Positions 52,600 to 64,000 of a DNA stretch of 64,000 nt are shown here, in pieces. The notes below the pieces were generated by a model. That model was not told where the DNA came from, made no database searches, and saw nothing but the letters and a program-made list of their open reading frames with translations. Source of the stretch: Tubiluchus corallicola (taxonomy: Eukaryota > Animalia > Priapulida); assembly GCA_030141605.1 (NCBI GenBank), contig JAQGDQ010000011.1, positions 864,066-928,065 on the forward strand, written 5' to 3'. Each line of letters starts with the position of its first letter. Positions within the stretch are counted from its first letter, which is position 1. Made by a program: the position numbers and the translations under genes.

Positions 52600-52990
52600 T
52601 TCTGTTATGCAAAACAGCATCACTCATAATTTGATGCCATGTTCCCCGGTCTGCTGCCACATGCCAAGAATCTATGTCGTTTGTGTGTCAAATGGAGTAT
52701 TTAATAAGCCTTTCTTCTGAACATCCAAATATGTGATCAGCTGTTCTCCTCTTGGCTTCTTCCCAGGTATTATCCTTAGTGCTTAATGTAATGTTGTAGT
52801 AAGTGGAAAATCCTGTTGTAATATAATGGCATGTCCAATCCAACTAAGCTGACGCTTCTGTATGGCCTCACTCTATTCCTTCTTCGTTAAATTATATAGA
52901 TCCTGATTTGATATTTTCTTTGGCCATTTAGACCAAACATCTTTCTATATAGATTCCGTTTGAAATTGGAAGGCATCAGTTTGATTTTTC
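52600..52990 (-). mobile_element. RTE-clade LINE 3' relic
   Basis: Minus-strand translation F.RNLYRKMFG..KWPKKISNQDLYNLT...SEAIQKRQLSWIGH....KKPRG: the RTE post-RT motif W...ISN..LY...I..R.L.W.GH, with stops and frameshifts. Confidence 0.75.
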
Positions 52991-53499
52991 TGGCCAATTT
53001 TTGACTGTCCACAATTCTGTATTATACAAGAATGCAAGTTATGCAAGTGATGACAAAACACGTAGTTTAGTTTCTGTGGTGAGGTTTGTGTTTACGAAGA
53101 TGTTTGTAAGATTAACATATGTAGCCAACTCTGATATAATAATAATCGTTGCTTTATACATTACAAAACAAAATAATGTGCGTGCGCTGCCGTCTACGCA
53201 TGTGGCGCCACCTAGCAAACAAAATAGAACTTAAAGTGTGAAAATGACACATTTTTTATTTTCTATCATGATATGAGCATATTACAGGTAGTAGAAGTAC
53301 ATTAGCTTTTTGTGGCACTAATTTTATTGAAAGCACTTCTTATTCAAATTAGTGATGGCAAGAAAGTTTTCTACACATTCGAGTGTTTACAGTCTTTTTG
53401 GAGACCGCTTTTCCTTTTGCAGAAAATTTTCAGTATGTTCTTTCTTCTCTTTTCAAGAAAACTTTGTTAATAAGTAATAGTAATAAATCTTTGCGTTAC

Positions 53500-53984
53500 A
53501 GTTGTAACACTGCAAAAATTGTTCAGCATGCTCTTCTAGGCCTTTTCAACATAATACAGTGGACGGAGAAAGGTATGTTTGCCACACTTGGATCTTTACA
53601 GGGAGAATAGGAAGGACAATATAGCAGACAAAAACTGCCGAGGAATAATCAGTTTAATTCAAGATTTAGAATAAATTCTGCGCACATTTTAAAACCTGCA
53701 AGTCCCCAAAATCACACTGGTTCATTTCTGTGTAAAAACAAATTTACAAAAAATGTATGTACATACATTATTTTGCTCTTTTAAAAACATTAATTATTCT
53801 TTTATTATAATTATTGAAAATTTAAAGGTTTGTTCGCCTACAAGAACGAGCTTTTTGTCTGCTATATTGTCTACTATTCTCCCTGTAAAGGTCCAAGTGT
53901 GGCTAACATACCTTTCTCCGTCCACTGTATTATGTTGAAAAGGCCTAGAAGAGCATGCTGAACAATTTTTGCAGTGTTACAACT
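53500..53984. mobile_element. Foldback/long-TIR non-autonomous DNA element
   Basis: About 135-bp inverted arms 53500-53634 / 53852-53984 with few mismatches; flanking direct repeat atctttgcgttac / atctttgttac. Confidence 0.8.
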
Positions 53985-54567
53985 ATCTTTGTTACTGAGC
54001 TAGGTGTTGGTGTTCTGTCTAGTGCTGGATTCCGACTCGCAGAAACATTTTGTTCCGATTAAAACACATAAGTGTTTAATAAATCTTGCAAACAATATAA
54101 AAATTATTTTAATTATTTGGACGCATGTTGACTTTGTTTGTGGTCCCAATGAGGTGTCTTATTTCTGTTGACGAGTTCTTAGCTGGCGCACCGCTTTGTT
54201 TTTGAAACAGCAGTATTAGCACTCATAACTAATTTTATGAAGATTGTGAACTATATACAGTTCCAACACTCTTTGGCGGGCCTAGTCTGTACTAATAGTC
54301 GTATACAACACATTTCAATCTTACAACAGCTTACTCAGTATTTTTGCTAGTTTACAACTTATTATCGTCGATTTCGTTACTATAACCGTTGCCGTTGCTT
54401 ATGGAATTGGCGATGCTGTTGTCGGTAAGTTTACTCCTGCGATATTGCGTAAAAGAAACACATAAAATTCCAAGTAAACTTCTAGAATTAAACCGCGACA
54501 TCATCATCGTTCTAGCCTGTCTAGGCAACCGTAATTGCAGTACAATGCCCTTGCATTCATCTCCTAC

Positions 54568-57500
54568 TCAATTTGTATTAATTTTTCTTTGGGAACTTTC
54601 GCCGTTTTTAGGCGGCATGAGCTTGGAATGTGACGCTTCGTCTCTGGTAATTTTTAAATCTTTTACTCTCATCGTCTCTTTGCCAATGAACGCACGCATA
54701 TCATCAGGCTGAAACAAGAGAACAGCCATTGCTTTAACTTTTGCTTAGTTAGTGAAGAGTGCTACGACTATTTTTTAAAAACTTACACAATGTATCTAAA
54801 TTTGTTTCAAGCGACTTACCGTTAAAGTAGCTACGCCTAACGATCATCGCGGGAGTTTAAATTTTCAAGTTGTATACAGCGTTGTTACCAATGCAAGCTC
54901 TGTGCGCAATAAGGCAGCATGTAACTGATAAAAAATTCATAAGGACTTTTTTAGCCTTATGTTAGTAAAAAAGGACAAAGGGATTTCTTTGTCCTTTATT
55001 ACAATAAGCAAAAGATGTGTTACTCCAATGAAGGCCTTAGTGAACTTCACAGCTTCAAAGAATTTGCAACAAAAATTGTGCATCTGTTCCCATAGCACAT
55101 CTTGTTCAAAAATTTAACGTGACATTTTAAAAATAACTAGAACTACTGATAATTACCGTTAAGCCTGCTTTTTGATAACAAAGAAGGAGTTCGGCAAACA
55201 TGGTTCTTTGTTGTGAGTAACTTCTCATCCACTGTGACTGTCTGGAAGTGTCATGGCGACTTTCACGATCGTCACTGCTCTCAATGTTTATTCTAAACAC
55301 ATCCAAGCGCAATCTGCAAATCTGTAAGAATTATCATGATCAAAAGCACGCAATAAAGAAACGCATTTTTATAATTTATTAATAAGTTGGTTCAGTAATA
55401 TAAGGCAAGCACAATGCTTTGCGACTGAAGTGAAGCAATGTTGAAGCAGGTCAGTGTATAGCTCGTTGCCGTTTAGGTTCAACACTAGCCCTGGACGGTC
55501 TCATTTGCCATGATGATTCTGGCTGTTTACCTCTTTGTAAGAAAATCTATACATCCGAAAGTGGCTAAGGTTTCTCAGCTGGTTCAATGGCTCATCTTAG
55601 AAGGACAGTTTTGATAATAACCGAGGTACCAGTCTCGCCACAAACATGACGTTGTGCAGGCCTTTCCTCTGAATGCTAAATTCCAGCGTGTCAAGTATTT
55701 TGAAGAACTTTGTTAAAATAAATATTGTGCAAAAATTTGATAGCTTCCGTTTTCTTGAACGGTCATCTGTCAACAAATAAATCAGCAAAACGCGCTTAGT
55801 TACATTACTAACAAGAACCAGTGAACCTCATAGGAAAGGACAACTATTAGTATTATATTTTTACACTTGTAGTGCCATTTATCGCTAATCAAAGTAAATA
55901 TCGAATGTGCAATTTTAATCTACATGCAAACCTACACATCTTTGCAATGCAAAAACTTTAAGTTGTTTTAGTAACTGAAAAGAGGCGCAGGAAGAAAACT
56001 CGTGGTGCCCTTTCTCAACTAGCTAAGTAAATAACAAAATTGCAGTTTCAAATTCTGTAATTGTAAAGATGAAAATGCTTCAAAAGTTAATTGAAGATGA
56101 GTGCAGAAAAGACTTGAGTTGTTAGACCATCTATCGAAAAACAAAATATGAAACTATACGGCCTACCTTTGGAATGTAAATACTGCAAGTTGTTACAGTT
56201 GTCGAAAAGAGAATGCAGGAAGAGGTAAGAGCAAACTTTTCAGTTGGATGATCATCCAAGAGGGCGGCCATGGCAACGGCAAATGCACTCATTACGGCTG
56301 CGTTGTAAATGCAAATGCCAACAGTACGTGAATCATTGAACGCTTCTAGATGAACCTATGCAATTATAATGAAACACCAGTTTAATAACTTGCAATTTGT
56401 GTGCTTATTAAATTGACTGGTTGAGTTGTTGGTAAGTTATTGGACAAGTTGGCTAATGCTTCGCTGAATGTTAAGCACTCAGTCAACCCAATTGACAACC
56501 AGTCGGTCAGTAAACGGTTTGACGAATAAATTGATACTTTGGTTGATCGGTTAATGGAACACTACTGATTGGACCGCTACGAGTGCATAGGTGTGAAGGT
56601 ATGAATGCACAGATGGACGTGAGGTCTTTCTAAGAAATATTAATTTCAACTGATTCTGCTGTAAGTATTGTTCAAAAACGTTGTTCTATGTTTGGATAAT
56701 GTTGCGATTGCAAGTTCTAAGAACAATGCATTTTTGGCAGCATCATTGACTAACGGATTAATTAATTATTAAATTAACTACTGTCAACAATAATTATTAA
56801 ATAAATGCATAATAACCAGCTAATAGGAAATTATTAATTAATTAATAATTCGAAGTTCAAATAGGAAATGTCACAGTTATTGCAATCATCTTATTCACTA
56901 ACAGCTGAGTTAAATGACTATTAACAGGTGAGTCATGCGTTTAGTTAAATCTGTTAATTAAATTTAACTAATTAGTTTACCTTAATTAATTGCATGTAGC
57001 TCCTACCTTTCTCGTTTCCCAGGCCATGAATGCACCAAACAAGAGCAATGCGCCATGTAAACAGTAAAAAACTCCAGTGAAATATCCTTGATAAATGGAA
57101 ACACATCTCACCACTATTAGTTGCTCCGCAGTGTCAGCTGCTTCATCGACATTCTAAAGAAAGCGATGTAATTTGAAATTTTGCTCGACAGGTGCCAGCA
57201 CAGGTACAGTATTGCAATTTTTTCAGATTTACTGCTTCACAGAAATGTAATTTTCACCTGCAATGGAAGTGTGACAAACTTTCTATGTAGAGGATCAACA
57301 AGAACCCAGATTGTTGACAGAGTCAAGTTTGCCAAGCAAAGTAGCAAAACCGTGAAGATCAAGGGACCATCCTTTACTGTCTACAATAGAAGTAAAATAT
57401 TAAGCAAATGTTGAGGAGAGGAACAATACACATTATTAGTTGTTTGCGAACATTCCTACAACATTTCTATCATTAGTGAACAGTTTTACACAGTAGACAT

Positions 57501-58104
57501 AAATATTATAGTTTACAGTACAGTACTGGTGTCTCCATCAACTGTCATATTTGTAAACTAGAAAGGGGTATTTTGTAATTTCTTCTCTCCTCCTCTTCGG
57601 CTTCAGCCAACCATGATTAATAAAACAAAACGCGTACAAAAACTATTTACTTCAACTAGTTAGCAAAGTCAATAGGTAGACAGACAAATAGACAGCCGCA
57701 AATAGACAGCAGACAGATGGATGGATTTTCAATTATCTAAATCTTTGAAATAGGTAAGTGTAATGCTAAGTAATATAAAGTTGTTTGAAAAGTTTTTTGG
57801 GATATATTTTAAAATTCCCTTTTCTTCCCCTATAACTGCATTTCATGTAAATTTAAACTTAATGAATAGTAATATTATATTCCAAGGGGCACATGAAAAT
57901 AACTCACCCTTTTTTCAAGCCGTTTGTTCATGAAAATATAATGTACACGCCATATCTTAATAAACAAAGCCCCAAAGACCAGAGACAGCCCAGCCGGAAG
58001 AATGAAGGGTGTGGCCTGAAAGAAATAAAGCATGAATTGAACGTGTTAAAATTATCTATCATCATTGTTGCACAAGCTCCCTATTCTTCTTTTTTTTCTT
58101 CTTC

Positions 58105-58187
<83 letters not shown>

Positions 58188-58830
58188 TTTTTTTTAATTT
58201 TATTATTATTATTAACATTATAGAGAGCTTTTCGTTTCGGGAACAATGTGAAATAAATCTTTTTGCTGCGATTCTTTCACACTTTACCTAGACGTTTTGT
58301 ATAATAGCTAGGAATTATATAAGTGTAGAATCCCATTTTTCCGAGATATTTTATACGTTACCTAGGCATTGTGTAGAATTCTTTAAATGACTTAGTCACT
58401 GTAATCAACAGAACAATCAGTCCAATTACTGTTTTACTGGTAAAGGGCGTAGCATAAAATGCTGTTCTATCAGGTGGATTACTTTCAATAGCTAGGAATT
58501 AAGACTGCAGCCAAATTCAGTAAAATTTTTACGAACATTTTTCTTCGTAAGTTAACATATAAGAACGTTCTTAGCGCTAAGCACGAATTTATTAAACCAG
58601 TTTTGTAGAATTTTCTTTTACATGTAAGGCTTATAGCTGCGTTAACACAATTTGGCGTGCTGTGTATAGTTTAAATGCTATGACTGGTGTCGTCATGGGA
58701 GAAAAAGAGGTTAATAACAAAAATTTGATGCACAGAGAACGTATTTTTCGCAACAGATTAAAATTAGACCATTTGAATGAAAGGTTTTACGAAATGTAGC
58801 CTGCACAGCAGACCATGAGGCTTGCATACA

Positions 58831-58900
<70 letters not shown>

Positions 58901-59106
58901 AAATTTATTCGACATTCTATAAAATGACTAGGAAAGTATCCATAAAATTAAGAATTACACACTTTGTCCAGAGAGACACTTGCATTGCATATAACGCTTA
59001 GGAAAAATGTAGAAGGAGCTACTTTACACACATTTCTTAGTTTATTTTGGTATTCTATAAAATGCCTAGGAATTCTATATAATACCTGATTTCACACTTT
59101 GCATGT

Positions 59107-59141
<35 letters not shown>

Positions 59142-60990
59142 CAAATTTATGCAATGCGCAATACAGAGGTAAGTGGATATAGATAATTAGTAACGATAAA
59201 AATATATACAAAACAATAATACAGTATATACAATTTTGAATTACTTAGTCATTTTTCTTCTACCGTATAATTTAAAGTCATTACTTTACTTTCACAAAGA
59301 GTTATTGTCCAGATTGAACACATTTCTAACACGTATGATGATGATGATGATGATGATGATGATGGTGATTCAGTAAATCGAACAATCAATAATAATGTCA
59401 GTAATCAGTAAGTTAATATAAAACATTTCTTTTATCTGGCATTGTTATATATTATATATTTTAATTTTAATATAGTTTTAATTTATGACAACGTGAAACT
59501 TGTCATAAATTAAAACGATATTAAAATTAAAATATATAATATATAACATTATCAGATAGAAGAAATGTTTTGTATTATTGATTCTTTCTTTAAAAATCTA
59601 AATTATTATTACTCAGAGTTTTTATAAAGGGGTCTGTTTTTTCTCCAACTAGACGGTTCACACAACAACTCACCTTACAGAATAAGTCACCATAATTTTG
59701 GTTTGTTATGTCGCAGAAGACTTCCAAATATGTAACTATGCAACCAATTAAAGCCAAGTTGTTTAAGTTAGGTGAAGACATTCTGATGATGCTGTAAAAT
59801 ACAAAAAACGTCAATATTCTGTCTCGCGAAAAATGCCAAAAAAATGGATACGGTAACCAATAAAGAGAAAAACGTATAAGAAACTACCAACATCGTCAAC
59901 ATGGTGATGGTGACGATGATGATGAAGATTCATGTGGATGATCGTGGCCGGATAGAATCCTCTTAGACGAGATACTGAACCAGTAGAGGTGTCCCACAAA
60001 GGTGTTTACATATTCTCCCTTAAGATAAATAGTCGATGGCAAGGTGACCTATAAAACGACTTAGAAACAACTGTCCTAGTAGTGACGCATAAATTTACTG
60101 GCGGGCTCAGCATTGCTTAACTCTCGTCGGGAAGCAAACACTGTGACACTCAGCTATTCTCATGACCTTCCACATAGCCATCATCATCATACAAGACACA
60201 GAAGACTAGGCACACCGAATCTGCTCAATCAATAAGATCCTAAATTGCGCTACTGCCGCAACTACCCAAATGCATGTTCCATTTTTTAATTTCGAATTTA
60301 TATCATTTAAGTACTAGCACATTTAATTGACTTTTTATGCTTTTATAAAAGACATAATTAAATGTTTACACAAAAGACATTCATTATTTTACCTGGTGTT
60401 TCTGCGTTTGACGCTAAAAACTAACAGTCCAATGGCAATCAAAATTCCCAGGGCAGCCAGGCATGACAAACCGATATAAACAGACTTTTTCACCATTTCT
60501 TGCTTTACAATGATTTGAGTGGAATCCAGAGGAGGACGTCCACTTACTCCTGCGAAAGGCCAATCATCAGATCATCACAGATGATACAGGTAACGATAAT
60601 TATGGTGATAAATAGAATAAAATTTAAGGGATTTGTCATACATGCTACTGCAAGCAGCTACCATCTTGGCAGAATTATTCAAGAATTTTACTAGAAAACA
60701 AACATAATCAAATCTGTTAAAAGGGGCGATCATGTCTCAATGGTAAACCAATTCAAAAATGTACCTTTCCAGCGCATTGGTTTGTGATTTGACTGAAATC
60801 TCAAATGTTTATCGTCATATGGTTCATATGTTGCAACGGGAACGTTTTTCCTGTCTACAAGAAATCAAACAACAAAACAATTGAGACTAGATCTATAAAA
60901 AATTTAGCCAAAAAAGAAATTTTATCTATTGCTTTTGATTCAACGTTTTAGAATTTTATTTGAGGGGAGCTAATAGTAATAATGATGATA

Positions 60991-61036
<46 letters not shown>

Positions 61037-61037
61037 G

Positions 61038-61092
<55 letters not shown>

Positions 61093-62081
61093 AATGATAA
61101 TGATAATGATAATGATAATGATAATGATAATGATAATGATAATGATAATGATAATGATAATGATAATGATAATGATAATGATAATGATAATGATAATGAT
61201 AATGATAATGATAATGATAATGATAATGATAATGATAATGATAATGATAATGATAATGATAATGATAATGATAATGATAATGTTAATGATGGTGATGGCG
61301 ATGGCGACAGCGACAATGACAATGACAATGATAGTGATAGTGATAGTGATAGTGATCATGATAATAATAATGATAATGATAATAATAATAACAACAAAAA
61401 CAACAGCAGCACCACCAACAACAACAACAGCAGCAGCAACAGCAGCAACAACAACAACAACAATAACTTTCCCCACCGCCAGATATTGAAAGCGATTTAA
61501 TACTTCTCATTTAATGCTGCTTTCCAATCTAATTTAATCGAACTTATTTTATTTCGTCATCTTTTCCGCCTAACGATGAAAATTTACACTGTTACTGCGC
61601 GGATTTTTCTAAAATAAGTTCATGCAGCGCAATCGTATTTCCATGATTAGATTGTCTAAGTGACCAAAAAACTTTCCTTTGCACTTCCTCCCTAAGCTTT
61701 ATGCGTTTACAAACAACAAGGAAATTGCATTACTGACCTTGTAACTGATTTAGTTGGACGTTAGAAACGGTGTCAAAGTTTTCATCGAATTCAACGACTC
61801 CTTTTAATCCAATAAAGCTCATGTTTTTCATGTTGTCGAAGACCATATTGCCAACTTGCTCATCATTGTAAGTAAAATCTTCTACTGCCTTGTTCATGCC
61901 TGTAATTTTTGCGCCTTAGTCCAATTAGCCGCCATCATCACCATCATCATCGTCGTCAATGTCCTCGTCATCACCACCATCATCATCATCATCGTCACTA
62001 ATATCGTTGTTATGGTCATCATCATCATAATTTTCATCGTCCTCATTGTTGTTGTAGGCGCCGTGATTATCATCATCATCA

Positions 62082-62114
<33 letters not shown>

Positions 62115-63470
62115 ACGTCAATACTGTTGCAAAAGGACAATGTATTTGTTCAGTGACTGATTTTTTCGCATTTGAAGTTGCTTAGTCATGCTGCAGTTGC
62201 TACACAAATATAACTATTGCTTGTAACTGCAACATAAACTTGTTTACAAATGTTGCTTAGGAAACAGCTCAAAATATTCTGTGTAAGATCACTCTAATAA
62301 AAGTGTAATTAAGATAGAGTGTAAAAGCACTCAGGTCTATAAACAAACTAAACAAAATTTGATAACGTAAAGTATATATGCCTGTTCACTTTCAGCAACC
62401 TTTACTGTTCCTTATTTTCCTGCCTGGCAACCCCTGTAATCTAATCATTGTACTTATTGCATTAATTTACCACATCCGCGTTTCTATTAATTCTCTTATT
62501 ACCTGAATAAATCTCCTCTGAGAGGCTTTTAAATAGGAATTTCCTATTTTTACTCGAGCAGTATTTTTCGTTTAACGTTTAATAATATAAAGCTATGAAA
62601 TTATGTACATCTAATCTTAATTCTAAAATATACAGTTTTAAAAATTTTTGAATCAAAAAGATATCCAGGTCAATTAATTAAGTTAAAAAAATTTTCATCT
62701 TAGTTCAACTGATCTATAAGGTTAAAAAACTGAATTAAACAAAAAACACGAAGGCAAATCCAATAGGTGAGCACAAGTGAGCACTCAGCAATGTTAAATT
62801 CATAGATTTCAAACCTGCAAATGTGATTATTCTTAAATTTAGATAAGATGAGTTGAGATCAATTTATAGACAAGATGACATAGACTAGTGTTAACGCGTC
62901 CTGTTTTCCGCCTTGGAGGTCGTGAGTTCGATACTGCGGCCGGTAAAACCAATGACTTTAGAAATGGTACCGGCTGTTGCCTGCCTGCCTGGCGTGTGAT
63001 ATTTAGGGCAAAAGCGGGGTAGTGTTAGTCCCTGTTATGTAGATATAGAATTATTACTAACAGTCGGCAAAAAACTGTTTGAGCTTGTGTTAATTGTTAG
63101 CCAAAAAAGCCGACTTTAAATAATGTGTGAAACTAACGCAGCAAAAACATTTATTTTACACTGTTTCTGAAATGCATAGGTTACACTGTTGCTGAAGTGT
63201 TATATGACCTATAATATGAGTTATATTCCTAGGAATTTTATGAAATGTCTGAATTTTACACATTGAATGTAACATACATATAAATTAATAAATAAGTAAA
63301 ATTAAACTGTTAATTTTCAAATAACTTGTAAGCAAAAGTGTAGTACCTTTGTATGCCATTTCTTCAATGGTTTTATTGAAAGCTAAAGCGATCGCCCATA
63401 TAGCATCGTATGCAAGAGCTATTCTGTCCCAGACAAGAGGTTTTGTGTTATTAGTTATCTCGAAAAATTG
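54568..63470 (-). CDS. GABA-B receptor-like class C GPCR, 3' portion (end of Venus flytrap domain, 7TM and C-tail); 5' exons outside window
   Basis: Exons in transcript order: 63347-63470 ([16 protein letters not shown]), 61738-61899 (EDFTYN...[12 protein letters not shown]...NQLQ), 60765-60854, 60393-60549 (PPLD, TM1), 59674-59791 ([12 protein letters not shown]2), 57908-58015 ([17 protein letters not shown]3), 57258-57380 (TM4, W..VDP), 57007-57153 ([14 protein letters not shown]5), 56167-56355 (NDSR..G..IYN ... YIPK, TM6-7), 55157-55321, 54568-54708 (TGA). All GT-AG and phase-consistent; the last two exons are less certain. Confidence 0.9.
55440..55700 (+). mobile_element. SINE-like element with tRNA-type B box
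   Basis: GGTTCAACAC at 55476; body acatccgaaagtggctaagg...ggttca...gtaccagtctcgccacaaacat is similar to the reverse complement of 28907-28979. Confidence 0.45.
58085..58213. repeat. Compound (TCT)n(TAT)n microsatellite
   Basis: Directly visible. Confidence 0.95.
58831..58900. repeat. (TC)n microsatellite
   Basis: Directly visible; (TA)n at 59110-59139 and (GAT)n at 59336-59368 lie nearby. Confidence 0.95.
59414..59577. repeat. AT-rich near-perfect palindrome (arms about 78 bp, 8-nt loop)
   Basis: aaacatttct..tatctg...tttaatttatgacaa [cgtgaaac] ttgtcataaattaaa...cagata.aagaaatgttt. Confidence 0.9.
59900..60180 (-). mobile_element. SINE with 5S box-A-like head and (CAT)n tail
   Basis: Minus strand GAGTTAAGCAATGCTGAGCCCGCCAGTA (about 60097-60123) aligns by eye with 5S GAAGTTAAGCAACGTCGGGCCCGGTTAGTA; head similar to the 29.1-kb copy. 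Confidence 0.45.
60971..61466. repeat. Compound microsatellite (GAT)n-(GATAAT)n-(GACAAT)-(GATAGT)-(AAC/AGC)n
   Basis: About 500 bp of triplet/hexamer repeats inside a GPCR intron; source of the homopolymer ORFs. Confidence 0.97.
61930..62112. repeat. Degenerate (CAT/CGT)n microsatellite
   Basis: Directly visible, just upstream (in transcript sense) of the GPCR exon 61738-61899. Confidence 0.9.
62875..63123 (+). mobile_element. tRNA-headed SINE with Meta-domain-like core
   Basis: A-box-like TAGACTAGTG, B box GTTCGATAC, then GGTAAAACCAATGACTTTAGAAATGGTACC...TGCCTGCCTGGCG...TTTAGGG, resembling the MetaSINE core as recalled (ggt.a.accaaagactttaaaaatggta...tgcct.cctg..tggc). Confidence 0.6.
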
Positions 63471-64000
63471 CTACCGAAAAAATGAACTATGTGTTAAAAG
63501 AATAGCACTGTACAATAAAATTTAATAATATCTAACCTTAGTATAAATTAGGGTCCTCACAGCATTACAAGATTCACTATAAACCCCGAGAACCATACAA
63601 AAATTTTGGAAATTTTGCAACGCTTAAACAATTTTCTTTATGCGAACAGTAATTATGACATTTTTATAATTTCTATTTATCCCATGAAAATTCACACCAA
63701 TTTTTTAAAACACTTTTACCATTTTACTTTTTTGTGTTTTTATATTTTAAGACATTTCTTTTCTATGTTTATTAAAAACCAACGATGATAAAAATAATAG
63801 TGGCGACAATGAGAGTGACAATGACAGTGACAGTGGCAGTAACAGTAACAGCCTAAATAACAATGAAAAGGACAATGTCAAAAAACAAATGTAACATTAA
63901 CAATGGTAATAAGTTAACATTATTATCTTCTTTATTTTCGTCTTACCTTTATCTTTAAAAAAGTAAAAAAAACTTCTTTTATTCTGCAACACCTGACAGC

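Noticed and set aside
54180-54350. SECIS element that would make the GPCR TGA a selenocysteine codon
   Set aside because: The ATGA found is not at the required spacing from an AA loop and no GA quartet partner is evident; not tested computationally.
60948-62185. Poly-D/N, poly-I, poly-M, poly-S/L and poly-T ORFs
   Set aside because: Translations of intronic microsatellites lying between phase-matched GPCR exons.

Overview
AT-rich animal (invertebrate-like) genomic DNA with spliceosomal GT-AG introns; no CRISPR, rRNA or intact tRNA seen. Six protein-coding genes were reconstructed by hand. (1) The last two exons of a KDM3/JMJD1-family JmjC demethylase (+). (2) An intronless GPN3 CDS (-). (3) An intronless USP5 CDS (-). 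(4) A 7-exon fructose-1,6-bisphosphatase (+), head-to-head with USP5. (5) A 7-exon NUDT18-like Nudix hydrolase (+) with a 14.4-kb repeat-filled intron. (6) The 3' part (11 exons) of a GABA-B-receptor-like class C GPCR (-) that runs off the right edge. Non-coding DNA holds many non-autonomous elements (hAT-, Kolobok-, Harbinger- and Ginger-like MITEs, long foldbacks, Helentron-associated elements, SINEs, LINE relics), three 43-52 bp minisatellites and a microsatellite cluster. Most interesting: the tandem intronless USP5-GPN3 pair appears to have one visible promoter/leader exon and two acceptors (shared first exon, dicistronic unit or trans-splicing); the GPCR has a 71-codon in-frame extension beyond its TGA; and one SINE body appears with either a 5S-like or a tRNA-like head. 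Gene names come from recalled family motifs, not database searches, and element boundaries were read by eye.
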